DNA of 64,000 bases from an uncultured Candidatus Rokubacteria bacterium (GTDB lineage Bacteria; Methylomirabilota; Methylomirabilia; Rokubacteriales; DASRDR01), in the NCBI GenBank assembly GCA_963826115.1, contig CAWGVS010000012.1:288001-352000 (forward strand), in the 5' to 3' direction. A program made the position numbers and the translations under genes. The notes below the pieces were generated by a model. The model made no database searches, was not told where the DNA came from, and saw only the letters and a program-made list of their open reading frames with translations. Positions 38,290 to 47,859 of the stretch are shown here, one piece after another. Position 1 is the first letter of the stretch. Each line of letters starts with the position of its first letter.

Positions 38290-39303
38290 ATGCCTCATCG
38301 ATTCTGGACCCGCATCGCCGGCGCGACGCTGACCGCCGCGCTGACGCTGGCCGTCGGGGCCACGCCGGCCGCCGCGGCGGAGCTGCTCCTGTACTCGTCG
38401 CGCCACTACCCGAAGGAGCCCGCCTTCGAAGCCTTCACGAAGAAGACCGGCGTCACGCTCAAGGTGCTTCACGCCAGCGACGCGGAGCTCTTCGAGCGCC
38501 TCAAGGCCGAGGGTGACCGCACGCCCGCCGACCTCCTGGTCACCGTCGACGCCGGCAACCTGTGGAACGCCGCGCGCGCCGGATACCTCGCGCCCGTCGA
38601 CTCGCCGGAGCTCGACCGGAACATTCCGGCCAACCTGCGTGATCCGCAGGGCCGCTGGTTCGCACTGGCCGTGCGGGCCCGCACCATCATGTACAACACG
38701 ACCCGCGTGACGCCCGAGGAGCTCTCGACGTACGCGGCGCTGGGCGATCCGAAGTGGAAGGGTCGTCTGTGCCTGCGGAACTCGAGCCACATCTACAACC
38801 AGTCGCTCCTCGCCACGATGATCAAGCGGTACGGCGAGCCCCGGACGGAAGAGATCGTCCGCGGCTGGGTCGCCAACCAGCCGACCCTGATCAACGGGGA
38901 CGCCAAGATCCTGGAGGCGATCGCCGCCGGGCAGTGCGACGTCGGCGTCACCAACACGTACTATCTGGGCCGGGCACTGGCCAAGGATCCCGCCATGCCG
39001 GTGCGCCCATTCTGGCCCGACCAGGCAGGCAACGGCGTGCACGTGAACATCTCCGGCGCGGGTGTGATCGCGCACAGCAAGCACCGCGCCGAGGCCATCA
39101 AGTTCCTCGAGTTCCTGTCGACCCCCGAGGCGCAGGCGACCTGGGCCGAGGCGAGCTTCGAGTTCCCCGCCAATCCCCAGGTCCCGCCGGCGCCGCTCCT
39201 GGTCCAGTGGGGCAGCTTCAAGATGGACGACATCAACGTCGCCGCCGCCGGCGAGTTCCAGGCCGCTGCGACCCGGCTCGCGGACCGCGCCGGGTACCGC
39301 TAG
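38290..39303 (+). CDS. Fe3+ ABC transporter substrate-binding protein (FutA/FbpA-like)
   Basis: YSSRHY, TVDAGNL, YNQSL, NTYY and HVNISGAG motifs. Confidence 0.92.
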   Translation: MPHRFWTRIAGATLTAALTLAVGATPAAAAELLLYSSRHYPKEPAFEAFTKKTGVTLKVLHASDAELFERLKAEGDRTPADLLVTVDAGNLWNAARAGYLAPVDSPELDRNIPANLRDPQGRWFALAVRARTIMYNTTRVTPEELSTYAALGDPKWKGRLCLRNSSHIYNQSLLATMIKRYGEPRTEEIVRGWVANQPTLINGDAKILEAIAAGQCDVGVTNTYYLGRALAKDPAMPVRPFWPDQAGNGVHVNISGAGVIAHSKHRAEAIKFLEFLSTPEAQATWAEASFEFPANPQVPPAPLLVQWGSFKMDDINVAAAGEFQAAATRLADRAGYR

Positions 39304-39313
39304 CCGGCCACGC

Positions 39314-41008
39314 ATGTCCTGGGCGTCCGGGACCGCGGGGATGGTCGACCCGCGGCTCCGGCGCTCCTGGCCCTGGTCCCTGGCGGCCCTCGGCGTCGCC
39401 GGGCTCGTCGCCGTCCCCATCCTCACCGTCGTCTCGTCGCTCGCGCATCCCGCCTGGGCCATCTGGGCCCACCTCTGGCGGACGCAGCTCCCCGAGCTCC
39501 TGGTCAACACGGTGGCGCTCGTGACCACCGTCGGCCTGGGCGTCCTCGTGCTCGGCACGACGCTCGCCTGGCTCGTGGTGACGTGCGAGTTCCCGGGGCG
39601 GCGCGTGTTCGAGTGGGCGCTGGTCCTGCCCCTCGCGCTACCGGCCTACGTCATCGGCTTCGTGTTCCTCGGGATCTTCGAGTACCCCGGTCCGATCCAG
39701 ACCGCCCTCCGGGGCTGGCTCGGCCCGGGGACGCGCCTCCCTGACCTGCGCGCCGGGTGGGGCGTCGCGCTCGTGATGACGCTCGTCTACTACCCGTACG
39801 TCTACACGCTGGCGCGCGCGGCGCTCGCCGAGCAGGCGCCGGAGTTCCTCGAGAGCGCGCGCGGGCTCGGCCGGTCTCGGACGGCCGTTCTCTTCCGGGT
39901 GACCTTGCCGCTCGCGCGACCCGCGCTCGCCGCCGGCACCGCGCTCGCGTGCATGGAGGCGCTGGCCGACTTCGGCACCGTGGCGACGTTCGGTGTCCGG
40001 ACCCTGACCGAGGCCATCTACCGCGTGTGGCACGGCATGTTCGACCGCGCGGCCGCGACCCAGCTCGCGGCCATCCTGCTCGGGCTGGCCGGCCTGCTCC
40101 TGGCACTCGAGCGTCTGTCCCGCGGGCGCGCTCGGTACACCCACGCGCGCCGCCCGGCGCGGCCCCCGGCGCGCCTCGCCCTCGGGGGCGTCCGCGCGGG
40201 CGCCGCCACGGCCCTGTGTCTCGGCACGCTGACCCTCGCCTTCGGGCTTCCCGTCGGCCAGCTCGCCGTCTGGGCCGTCGAGGCGGCCGGGCAAGGCAAC
40301 GTCCCAGAGGGCTTCGGGCGCGCGCTCGTCCAGAGCCTCGCCCTCGCCGGGAGCGCGGCGCTCGTCGTGACGGCGGTCGCCGCGCTCCTCGCCTACGCGC
40401 TCCGGCGTCAGCCGACGTCACTCGTGGCGGGCGCGGCCCGCCTCGCGGGGCTCGGGTACGCGCTCCCCGGCGCGGTCATCGCGGTGGGCGTGCTCCTCCC
40501 CCTCGCGTGGCTCGACCGAGCGCTCGCGACCGGGCTCGCGTGGCTCACCGGCGCCGAGCCCGGGCTGCTCCTGACCGGCTCGGTGGCCGGGCTCCTCTTT
40601 GCCTACCTCGTCCGCTTCCTGGCCGTCGGCGGTCAGACTGTCGAGGCGAGCCTCGCCCGGATCCCGCGGAGCCTCGACGAGGCCGCCCGCTCGCTTGGGG
40701 CACGCGGGCTCCGCACGCTCCGGGCGATCCACTTCCCGCTCGCGCGCCGTGGGCTCGTGGCGGCGCTGACGCTGGTCTTCGTCGACGTGATGAAGGAGCT
40801 CCCGGCGACGCTGCTCCTCCGGCCGTTCGGCCTCGAGACGCTCGCGGTCGCGGTCTGGCGACGGACGGCGGAGTCGCTCTGGGTGGAGGCGGCGGTGCCC
40901 GCGCTGGCGCTGGTTCTCGCCGGCCTGGGGCCGGTCGTGCTCGCGATGCGGGTCGCGGGCGTCGATCCCCGGGACCCGGACCCGCGAACCGGGATGCCCT
41001 CGTCGTGA
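39314..41008 (+). CDS. Fe3+ ABC transporter permease (FbpB-like)
   Basis: Two EAA loops (ESARGLG, EAARSLG); EALADFG and KELPATL motifs. Confidence 0.92.
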   Translation: MSWASGTAGMVDPRLRRSWPWSLAALGVAGLVAVPILTVVSSLAHPAWAIWAHLWRTQLPELLVNTVALVTTVGLGVLVLGTTLAWLVVTCEFPGRRVFEWALVLPLALPAYVIGFVFLGIFEYPGPIQTALRGWLGPGTRLPDLRAGWGVALVMTLVYYPYVYTLARAALAEQAPEFLESARGLGRSRTAVLFRVTLPLARPALAAGTALACMEALADFGTVATFGVRTLTEAIYRVWHGMFDRAAATQLAAILLGLAGLLLALERLSRGRARYTHARRPARPPARLALGGVRAGAATALCLGTLTLAFGLPVGQLAVWAVEAAGQGNVPEGFGRALVQSLALAGSAALVVTAVAALLAYALRRQPTSLVAGAARLAGLGYALPGAVIAVGVLLPLAWLDRALATGLAWLTGAEPGLLLTGSVAGLLFAYLVRFLAVGGQTVEASLARIPRSLDEAARSLGARGLRTLRAIHFPLARRGLVAALTLVFVDVMKELPATLLLRPFGLETLAVAVWRRTAESLWVEAAVPALALVLAGLGPVVLAMRVAGVDPRDPDPRTGMPSS

Positions 41009-42054
41009 CCCTCCTCCGCCTCGAGGGCGTGACCAAGCGCTTCGGCGCGGACGCGCCGCCCGCCGTGGACGCCCTCTCGCTGACCGCGGCGGCCGGCGAG
41101 GTGCTGGCACTCCTCGGGCCGTCCGGCTGCGGCAAGACCACGACGCTCCGGCTCGTGGCCGGCTTCGAGGCGCCCGACGCGGGGACCATCGAGATCCGGG
41201 GCGAGCGCGTCGCCGGACCCGGCCGCGCCGTGCCGCCGGAGGCGCGGGGCGTGGGGGTGGTGTTCCAGGACTACGCCCTGTTCCCGCACCTCTCCGTCGA
41301 GGCCAACGTGGCCTTCGGTCTCGCCGATCTCGACCGGGCCGGGCGCGCCCGGCGCATCCGCGAGGTGCTGGAGCTCGTCGGCCTGCTCGGGCTCGAACGG
41401 CGATACCCCCACGAGCTGTCGGGCGGCCAGCAGCAGCGGGTCGCGCTCGCGCGCGCCCTCGCGCCGGCGCCGGCCCTCATCCTGCTCGACGAGCCGTTCT
41501 CGAACCTCGACGCCGACCTGCGCGCGGCCATGCGGGAGGAGATCGGCAAGATCCTCCGGGCCGCCGGAACGACGGCCGTCTTCGTCACCCACGACCAGCA
41601 GGAGGCCTTCGCGCTGGCCGACCGCGTCGGGGTCCTCAACGCGGGACGCCTCGAGCAGGTCGCCCCGCCCTACGAGCTCTATCACCGCCCCGGGACGCGC
41701 TTCGTGGCGGAGTTCGTGGGCGCCGCCGATTTCCTGCGTTCGATGGTCACCGAGGAGGGAATCGTCTCCGAGCTGGGGACGCTGGCGCGGCCGGCAGGCC
41801 TCGCGCCGGGGCAGGCCGTCGACATCATGATCCGCCCCGACGACATCGACTTCATCCCGCACCCAGATGGCGACGTCGTCGTGGTGGACCGGCAGTTCCA
41901 CGGCGACGAGCATCTCTACCGGCTCCGGCTCACCTCCGGCGCGCGGGTCCACGCGGTCCAGCCGTCCACGACGCGCTATCCCGTGGGGACGCGGGTCCGC
42001 GTCGTCGCGAACCTGCTCCACGTCGTGGCATTCCCGCTCGCGGACGCGCGGTAG
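41005..42054 (+). CDS. Fe3+ ABC transporter ATP-binding protein (FbpC-like)
   Basis: GPSGCGKTT, LSGGQQQR, LLDEPF and VTHD motifs; TOBE-like C-terminus; GTGA coupling. Confidence 0.92.
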   Translation: MTLLRLEGVTKRFGADAPPAVDALSLTAAAGEVLALLGPSGCGKTTTLRLVAGFEAPDAGTIEIRGERVAGPGRAVPPEARGVGVVFQDYALFPHLSVEANVAFGLADLDRAGRARRIREVLELVGLLGLERRYPHELSGGQQQRVALARALAPAPALILLDEPFSNLDADLRAAMREEIGKILRAAGTTAVFVTHDQQEAFALADRVGVLNAGRLEQVAPPYELYHRPGTRFVAEFVGAADFLRSMVTEEGIVSELGTLARPAGLAPGQAVDIMIRPDDIDFIPHPDGDVVVVDRQFHGDEHLYRLRLTSGARVHAVQPSTTRYPVGTRVRVVANLLHVVAFPLADAR

Positions 42055-42077
42055 GGCCGCCCGCGCAGAGCCGGGGG

Positions 42078-43280
42078 TCAGCGCGGAGCCGGCGCGGTCG
42101 AGCGGCCGGCGGGTGACGTGGCCCGCGCGAGCCGCCGCGTCAGTCGCTCGAGCCGTCGCTCGAGCGCGCCCACGAAGTCGTCGCTCCCGAGCTCCCAGCT
42201 CGCGACCACCGCCAGGGCCGTGCGCGTGAGGTCGAGCGCCGCCTCGTAGTCCCGGGCGTGGTGCTCGTGAAGCTTGGCCAGGTCGACCAGGAGCTGGAGC
42301 GGCGGCCGCTCGGCCCGCGCCACCGTGTCCGCCCAGAGGGTCCGCGCCTCGCCGACGCGGCCCGCGCGCCGCCAGAGCCAGCCGAGACGCCAGGCGACGC
42401 CGGGCTCGAGCGACCCCGGAAGGCCGGCGCGGAGGGCGGCCTCGTAGAAGCGCGCGCTCCGGTCGGGCGCCCGGCGCTCGAGCCAGCGCCCGGCGCCCAT
42501 CCACTCGAGCGGGTCGTGGGGGCCGTCGGGCCCGTCGAGGAGCGACGCCGCGCGGGCGTGGAGACCGGCAAGGGCGACCAGGTCCCAGCGGTTGTGGCGG
42601 AACACGCGCGGGAGCGCCCCGGGATCGCGGGTGCGGAGATAGCGGAAGTAGACCTGCGGGGCGAGCGCCCCGGGGAGATCGTCGCCCCGGTCGAGCCCGA
42701 GCAGCGCGCCCTCCAGCGTCGAGAGCCGGCAGTCCGCGCCGCGCCCGCGCCAGAGCGCCCGTGCCACGGGGTAGAGGTCCTGATGCGGGAGGTCCGCGCC
42801 CCACCACGGCGCCCGGGAGAGCAGATACCGCGTCTCGAGGAGCGGCATGTCGAAGGTGCGCCCGTTGAACGTCACCAGCTCCCGCGCGTCCGCGACGGCC
42901 GCCCGCACCGCGTGGAGGAAGGCCGCCTCCTCACCGAGGTCGCCCAGGAAGTACTGGGTCACGGCGAGCGTGCGCGGGGTAGTCCACGTCGCGAGACCCA
43001 CGAGGAAGACGTACGTCCCCGTGCCGCCCGCGAGGCCGGTCGTCTCGGTGTCGAGGAACACCGTCCCGGGGTCCGGCTCGCCGCGGCACGCGATCCCCGC
43101 CGGCACCCGCACGGTCTCCACGCACCGGAGCGCCGGCCCGTGGGGCGTGGGCACCGACTCGAGCGGGAGCGGATCGGACGGCGCCGGGCGCTCGGCCGCC
43201 TGGCGCGCCGCCAGCCGCTGGAGGCGAGCGCGGAGCTGGGCCAGCTCGAGATCGCGATCCACCCGCGTGCCCGAACTCAC
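42078..43280 (-). CDS. mrfB: RNase H-like DEDD exonuclease with TPR-like C-terminus (MrfB/YprB-like)
   Basis: FLDTETTGL, TFNG..FD and HNRWDL motifs; directly after the DUF1998 helicase. Confidence 0.8.
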   Translation of the reverse strand: MSSGTRVDRDLELAQLRARLQRLAARQAAERPAPSDPLPLESVPTPHGPALRCVETVRVPAGIACRGEPDPGTVFLDTETTGLAGGTGTYVFLVGLATWTTPRTLAVTQYFLGDLGEEAAFLHAVRAAVADARELVTFNGRTFDMPLLETRYLLSRAPWWGADLPHQDLYPVARALWRGRGADCRLSTLEGALLGLDRGDDLPGALAPQVYFRYLRTRDPGALPRVFRHNRWDLVALAGLHARAASLLDGPDGPHDPLEWMGAGRWLERRAPDRSARFYEAALRAGLPGSLEPGVAWRLGWLWRRAGRVGEARTLWADTVARAERPPLQLLVDLAKLHEHHARDYEAALDLTRTALAVVASWELGSDDFVGALERRLERLTRRLARATSPAGRSTAPAPR

Positions 43281-43286
43281 CCGCGG

Positions 43287-45704
43287 TCAGCCGATCAGGC
43301 GGTCGACGAGGAGGACGGCCATCGGCTTCGCGCGGCGCCCGACCTCGTTCACCGGTCCGACGCACGACGGGCAGCCAGCGCGGCACGGGCAGGCGCGGAG
43401 CGTCTCGCGCGCGCGGGCGAGAAGGGGCCCGACCAGGTCGAACAGGCGCTCGGTCAGGCCAACCCCGCCCGGCTGGCTGTCATAGAGGTAGATGGTGGGC
43501 TCGAACGCCTCCGCGGCGAGGAGCCGCGCTCGCGTCCGCTCCGTGGTGAGGACCCGCGGGCCCCGGGGCGCGTCGCGACCCGGCTCGGGCGGGGCGGCAT
43601 CCCCGAGCCACGAGCCGAGGTCCCGCACGTCGCACATGAGGAAGAGCGGCGCCAGGTGGTGGAGGAGGTAGGACAGGCCGCGCAGGCCGTCGACGAGCGC
43701 GTCGCGGTCCGGGGAGAGCGCCGCCAGCACGTCGGGGCGCACGGTCAGCCAGAGACCCGCCGTCTGCATCTCCTGCTGCGGCAGCTCCACCTGGCCCGCG
43801 CCCACGTTCTCCATCGTGTCGAACTTGATCTTCTTGAAGCCCACCACCTGCTCGGCCACCAGGAGCTCGCCCTGCTCGGCGCGGCCCGCGGCCGCAGGCC
43901 CGGTGGCGCCGATCTGGAACCGATCGAGCGCCCAGACACCCTTCGCCGTCACCGCGTCCGTGAAGTAGTCGACCTTGACGCGCTTGACGTAGGCGACCTT
44001 CTCCTCGTCCTCCCGGAAGCGCAGCTCCTGCACCTCGAACTGCTGGCCCTCGATGAGGTAGATCGCCTTCGGGTGCACCATCGCGAAGGCGCTCCGCCAG
44101 TCGACCTCCGCGATCACCTCGCGCTTCCGGGTGAGCCGGCGGACGGACTCGACCGACTCGAGCGTCTGGTGGGTCGAGTCGATCACGACGAAGTTGTCGC
44201 TCGCCACACTCCGGAGCGAGAGATGGTCCGCGGGGTAGCTCTCGCTGGTCCAGTGGTAGCGGCCGCCGGTCCGGTGGAGGAGCCCCTCCTCCTCGAGCAG
44301 GTGGAGGTAGCGGCCGACATCCTCGGCGCCGAAGGGCTCGTCCTCGCCGAAGGGCAGCTCGAACGCCGCGCACTTCAGGTGGCTCGCCAGGACGTAGGGA
44401 TTGTCGGGATTGATCAGCCCGTGCTCGGGAGGCGACCCGAAGAAGTAGTCGGGATGGGTGACGATGAACTGGTCGAGGGGCGCCGAGGAGGCCACCAGCA
44501 CCGCCGCCGAGAGGCCCGAGCGCCGGCCCGCCCGGCCCGCCTGCTGCCAGGTCGACGCCACCGTCCCCGGGTACCCGGCCAGCACCGCCACGTCGAGCCG
44601 GCCGATGTCGATGCCGAGCTCGAGGGCGTTCGTCGACACCACGCCCAGGACGTCGCCCGCGCGCAGACCCCGCTCCACCTCGCGCCGCCGGTTCGGGAGG
44701 TACCCGCCGCGGTAGCCGCGGATCACGTCGGTGAACGCGGGCGGGCGCTCCACGGCCGCCTTGAGGTCGGTCAGGACGACCTCCTCCGCGAGCCGGCTCC
44801 CGGTGAAGACGATGGTCGGCACCCGGGCGCGGAGGATCGGCGTCGCGAGCCGGCTTGCCTCCTTGAGGTACGGGCGGCGGATGCCGAGCTCGGCGTTGAC
44901 GACCGGCGGGTTGTAGAAGACGACGACCTTCTCCCCGGCGGGCGCGCCGTTCTCCGCGACCAGGCTCACCGGCGCCCCGATGAGCCGCTCGGCCAGCTCC
45001 TGGGGGTTGGCGATCGTCGCGGACGTGCAGATGAACTGCGGGGCGGCGCCGTAGTGCCGGCAGATCCGCTGGAGCCGGCGGAGCACGTTGGCCAGGTGGC
45101 TCCCGAACACCCCGCGGTAGGTGTGGAGCTCGTCGATGACGACGTAGCGGAGGTTCTGGAACAACCCGATCCACTTCGTGTGGTGCGGCAGGATCCCCGA
45201 GTGGAGCATGTCGGGGTTCGTCAGCACCACGTTGGCCCGGGCCCGGACCGCGCGCCGCGCGTCCTGGGGCGTGTCCCCGTCGTAGGTGTGGATCCGGAGA
45301 GCGGGAAGCGCGCGCGCCAGCTCCTCCAGCTCCGCCAGCTGGTCCTGGGCGAGCGCCTTGGTGGGAAAGAGGTAGAGGGCCCGCGTCGCGGACTCCGTCA
45401 CGAGCGCCTGGAGAACGGGGAGGTTGTAGCAGAGCGTCTTGCCGGACGCGGTGGGCGTCACCACCACGCAGTGGCCGCCCTTCCCGAGAACGTCGAGTGT
45501 CTTCGCCTGGTGGGTGTAGAGGGCCTCGACGCCCCGGGCGCGCAGCGCGACGGCGAGATCGGAGTCGATCGTGTCGGGAATCGGGGCCGTCTCGGCCGGC
45601 CGCGGCGGGAACCGGCGAAGGGCCGTCACGGCCCCGCCCGATTCAGCCACCAGGCGGTCGATCAGGTCGGCGAGGTCGACGCGCGGTTCCCCGGGCCCCG
45701 CCAT
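43287..45704 (-). CDS. mrfA: DEAD/DEAH helicase with DUF1998 (MrfA/YprA/Hrq1-like)
   Basis: LYTHQ, TPTASGKT, PTKALAQDQ, DELH, ALELGIDIG, QQAGRAGRR, YD..PGG.G and CPC..GCPSC motifs. Confidence 0.88.
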   Translation of the reverse strand: MAGPGEPRVDLADLIDRLVAESGGAVTALRRFPPRPAETAPIPDTIDSDLAVALRARGVEALYTHQAKTLDVLGKGGHCVVVTPTASGKTLCYNLPVLQALVTESATRALYLFPTKALAQDQLAELEELARALPALRIHTYDGDTPQDARRAVRARANVVLTNPDMLHSGILPHHTKWIGLFQNLRYVVIDELHTYRGVFGSHLANVLRRLQRICRHYGAAPQFICTSATIANPQELAERLIGAPVSLVAENGAPAGEKVVVFYNPPVVNAELGIRRPYLKEASRLATPILRARVPTIVFTGSRLAEEVVLTDLKAAVERPPAFTDVIRGYRGGYLPNRRREVERGLRAGDVLGVVSTNALELGIDIGRLDVAVLAGYPGTVASTWQQAGRAGRRSGLSAAVLVASSAPLDQFIVTHPDYFFGSPPEHGLINPDNPYVLASHLKCAAFELPFGEDEPFGAEDVGRYLHLLEEEGLLHRTGGRYHWTSESYPADHLSLRSVASDNFVVIDSTHQTLESVESVRRLTRKREVIAEVDWRSAFAMVHPKAIYLIEGQQFEVQELRFREDEEKVAYVKRVKVDYFTDAVTAKGVWALDRFQIGATGPAAAGRAEQGELLVAEQVVGFKKIKFDTMENVGAGQVELPQQEMQTAGLWLTVRPDVLAALSPDRDALVDGLRGLSYLLHHLAPLFLMCDVRDLGSWLGDAAPPEPGRDAPRGPRVLTTERTRARLLAAEAFEPTIYLYDSQPGGVGLTERLFDLVGPLLARARETLRACPCRAGCPSCVGPVNEVGRRAKPMAVLLVDRLIG

Positions 45705-45712
45705 CTCGCGTC

Positions 45713-45748
45713 ATCTTAGGAGTCGCGCGCGAACGTTGTCAACGTTCG
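45713..45748 (-). promoter_or_regulatory. mrfA promoter (TTGACA-18-TAAGAT) overlapped by palindrome CGAACGTTG-T-CAACGTTCG
   Basis: -35 at 45737-45742, -10 at 45713-45718, palindrome at 45730-45748. Confidence 0.6.
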
Positions 45749-45775
45749 GGCGTCGCGGTTGAATAGACGATCGCG

Positions 45776-46411
45776 ATGCGTGCCGACGATCCCGCTCCGC
45801 GCCGCCGCCGCCTGGCCCGCTTCCTGCCGCCGCTCCTCTGGATGGGGCTCATCGCGCTCGGCTCCTCGAGCCTCCTCTCGGGCGGCCGGACCGGTCAGTG
45901 GATGTTGGGGCTCCTGGCACAGCTCGCGCCGTGGGCCAGCCCGGCGCTCCTCGACGCGGCGCACCTCGGGCTCCGGAAGGTCGGCCACCTCGGCGAGTTC
46001 GGCGTCCTCGCGATCCTCTGGCACCGGGCCCTCGCCCCCGCGCCGCGGGCCACGCTGACGGCCTTCCTCCTGACCGCGGCCTACGGCGGCCTCGACGAGC
46101 TCCGGCAGGGCCTCGACCCGAGCCGCGTGCCGGCAGCGACCGACGTCCTGGTCGATGCGATCGGCGCGTGGATCGCCCTCGCCGCGTGGACGGGCGCGGC
46201 CGGGCTCAGGGCGGCGACCCTCCGGGCGGCCGCGTGGGGCGCGGGGGTCCTCGCGGGGCTGGGCGGGCTCGGCGCCGCCCTCGACGTGGCGCTCGGCCGG
46301 CCGGCGGCGGACGTCGCCGTCGCGGCCCTGGGTCTCGCGGCGCTCGCCGTCGGCCTGACGCGGCTCGCGCGCGGCGGGCGGCCGCGCGCTGCGCCTGCCG
46401 GGCGCCCCTAG
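45776..46411 (+). CDS. VanZ family membrane protein
   Basis: LRKVGHLGEFGVL and DELRQ..P.R....DV..D..G motifs. Confidence 0.8.
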   Translation: MRADDPAPRRRRLARFLPPLLWMGLIALGSSSLLSGGRTGQWMLGLLAQLAPWASPALLDAAHLGLRKVGHLGEFGVLAILWHRALAPAPRATLTAFLLTAAYGGLDELRQGLDPSRVPAATDVLVDAIGAWIALAAWTGAAGLRAATLRAAAWGAGVLAGLGGLGAALDVALGRPAADVAVAALGLAALAVGLTRLARGGRPRAAPAGRP

Positions 46412-47775
46412 GCGACGCGGTCCAGGCGGACGACGACCTCGATGTGGGGGGTGTGCGGAAACATGTCCACGGGCTGGACCCTGGTCACCCGGTAGCTCGC
46501 CGCGCACAAGATCGCCAGGTCCCGGGCGAGCGTCCCGGGATTGCAGGACACGTAGACGATGCGGCCGGCGGCGAGTGTGGCCAGGCTGCGGAGCGCCTTC
46601 GGGTGGAACCCCGCGCGGGGGGGATCCGCCACCACCACGTCGGCCCGCACGCCGCGCTGGAGGAGATCCGGGAGCACGTGGCGGACCTCGCCGGGCAGGA
46701 ACGTGCAGTTCGTGATCCCGTTCTCCCGCGCGTTCCGCGCCGCGTCGTCGATCGCGGCCGGCACCAGCTCGATCCCGTAGACCTGGCGCGCGTGGCGCGC
46801 CAGGAGGAGGCTGATCGCCCCCGTGCCCGCGTAGAGGTCGAGGACCGTCTCCTGACCGGTGAGCCCGGCGTACTCCGCCACGATCGCGAACAGGCGCTCG
46901 GCCTGGCGGGTGTTCGTCTGGAAGAAGGAGTTGGCCGAGATCGAGAACACGAGGTCGCCGAGCCGCTCCCGGATCGTCTCGGCGCCGGCGATCGGGTGCT
47001 CCTCGACGCCGACCGCGACCGCGGCCTTCTTCGGATTCACGTTGAGGACGATCGAGGTCACGTGCGGGCACCGCTCGCGAAGGCGGTCCGCGAGCGCCCG
47101 CGCGGTCGCCACATCGGGTGAGGCGGTGACCAGGTTGACCATCGCGTCGCCGGTCTGCCGCCCCTCGCGGAGCATGAGGAAGCGCAGCAGCCCCTCCTCG
47201 GTCGCCTGCCGGTAAACGCTCCAGCGCCGCTCGCGCACGAAGGCGCGCACCTCGGCCAGCACGGCGTTCATGCCGTCGGACTGGAGGAGGCAGCGCTCGA
47301 CGTCCAGAATCGCGTCGTAGCGCTCCGCCTCGTGGAGCCCCACCACCGGCTGGCCGTCGACCTCGGCGAACGTGAACTCCATCTTGTTGCGGTAGCCGTA
47401 GACCTCGGGCGCCCCGAGGATGGGGGACACCGCCACGTCGCCGAGGCCGCCGAGCCGCGCGAGGCAATCGACGACCTGGCGCTGCTTGAACTCGAGCTGC
47501 GCCTCGTAGCGGACGTGCTGGAGGCGGCAGCCGCCGCAGCGCCCGAAGTACGGGCACGGGGGGTCGGTGCGGAGGTCGGAGGCGCGGTCGACGCGCTCGA
47601 TTACGCCGCGGGCGAACCGTGGCCGGACCTGGGTCAGCCGGACGTCGACGCGGTCGCCCGGCACCCCGCCGGGGACGAACACGACGTAACCGCCCGCCCG
47701 CGCGACGCCCTCGCCCCCAAACGCCAGGTCCGTCACGTCCACGGTCAGGAGGTCGCCGCGCCGCGCCGTGGCCAT
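46408..47775 (-). CDS. rlmD: 23S rRNA m5U methyltransferase with TRAM domain
   Basis: CPYFGRCGGC..Q, YRNK, SFFQTN, DPPRAG, YVSCNP and DMFPHTPHIE motifs. Confidence 0.93.
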   Translation of the reverse strand: MATARRGDLLTVDVTDLAFGGEGVARAGGYVVFVPGGVPGDRVDVRLTQVRPRFARGVIERVDRASDLRTDPPCPYFGRCGGCRLQHVRYEAQLEFKQRQVVDCLARLGGLGDVAVSPILGAPEVYGYRNKMEFTFAEVDGQPVVGLHEAERYDAILDVERCLLQSDGMNAVLAEVRAFVRERRWSVYRQATEEGLLRFLMLREGRQTGDAMVNLVTASPDVATARALADRLRERCPHVTSIVLNVNPKKAAVAVGVEEHPIAGAETIRERLGDLVFSISANSFFQTNTRQAERLFAIVAEYAGLTGQETVLDLYAGTGAISLLLARHARQVYGIELVPAAIDDAARNARENGITNCTFLPGEVRHVLPDLLQRGVRADVVVADPPRAGFHPKALRSLATLAAGRIVYVSCNPGTLARDLAILCAASYRVTRVQPVDMFPHTPHIEVVVRLDRVA

Positions 47776-47859
47776 GGTGCCCAGCATGCTACGGCAGGCC
47801 CCCAGTGCCGTCAACGCGCGCGCCCGTATGATACGATTATGGGCCGAGCTTTCGATGGC

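Noticed and set aside
42078-45704. DUF1998 helicase as a DISARM/Druantia defence system
   Set aside because: Pairing with a DEDD exonuclease matches the MrfAB repair module; no methylase, PLD or other defence genes nearby
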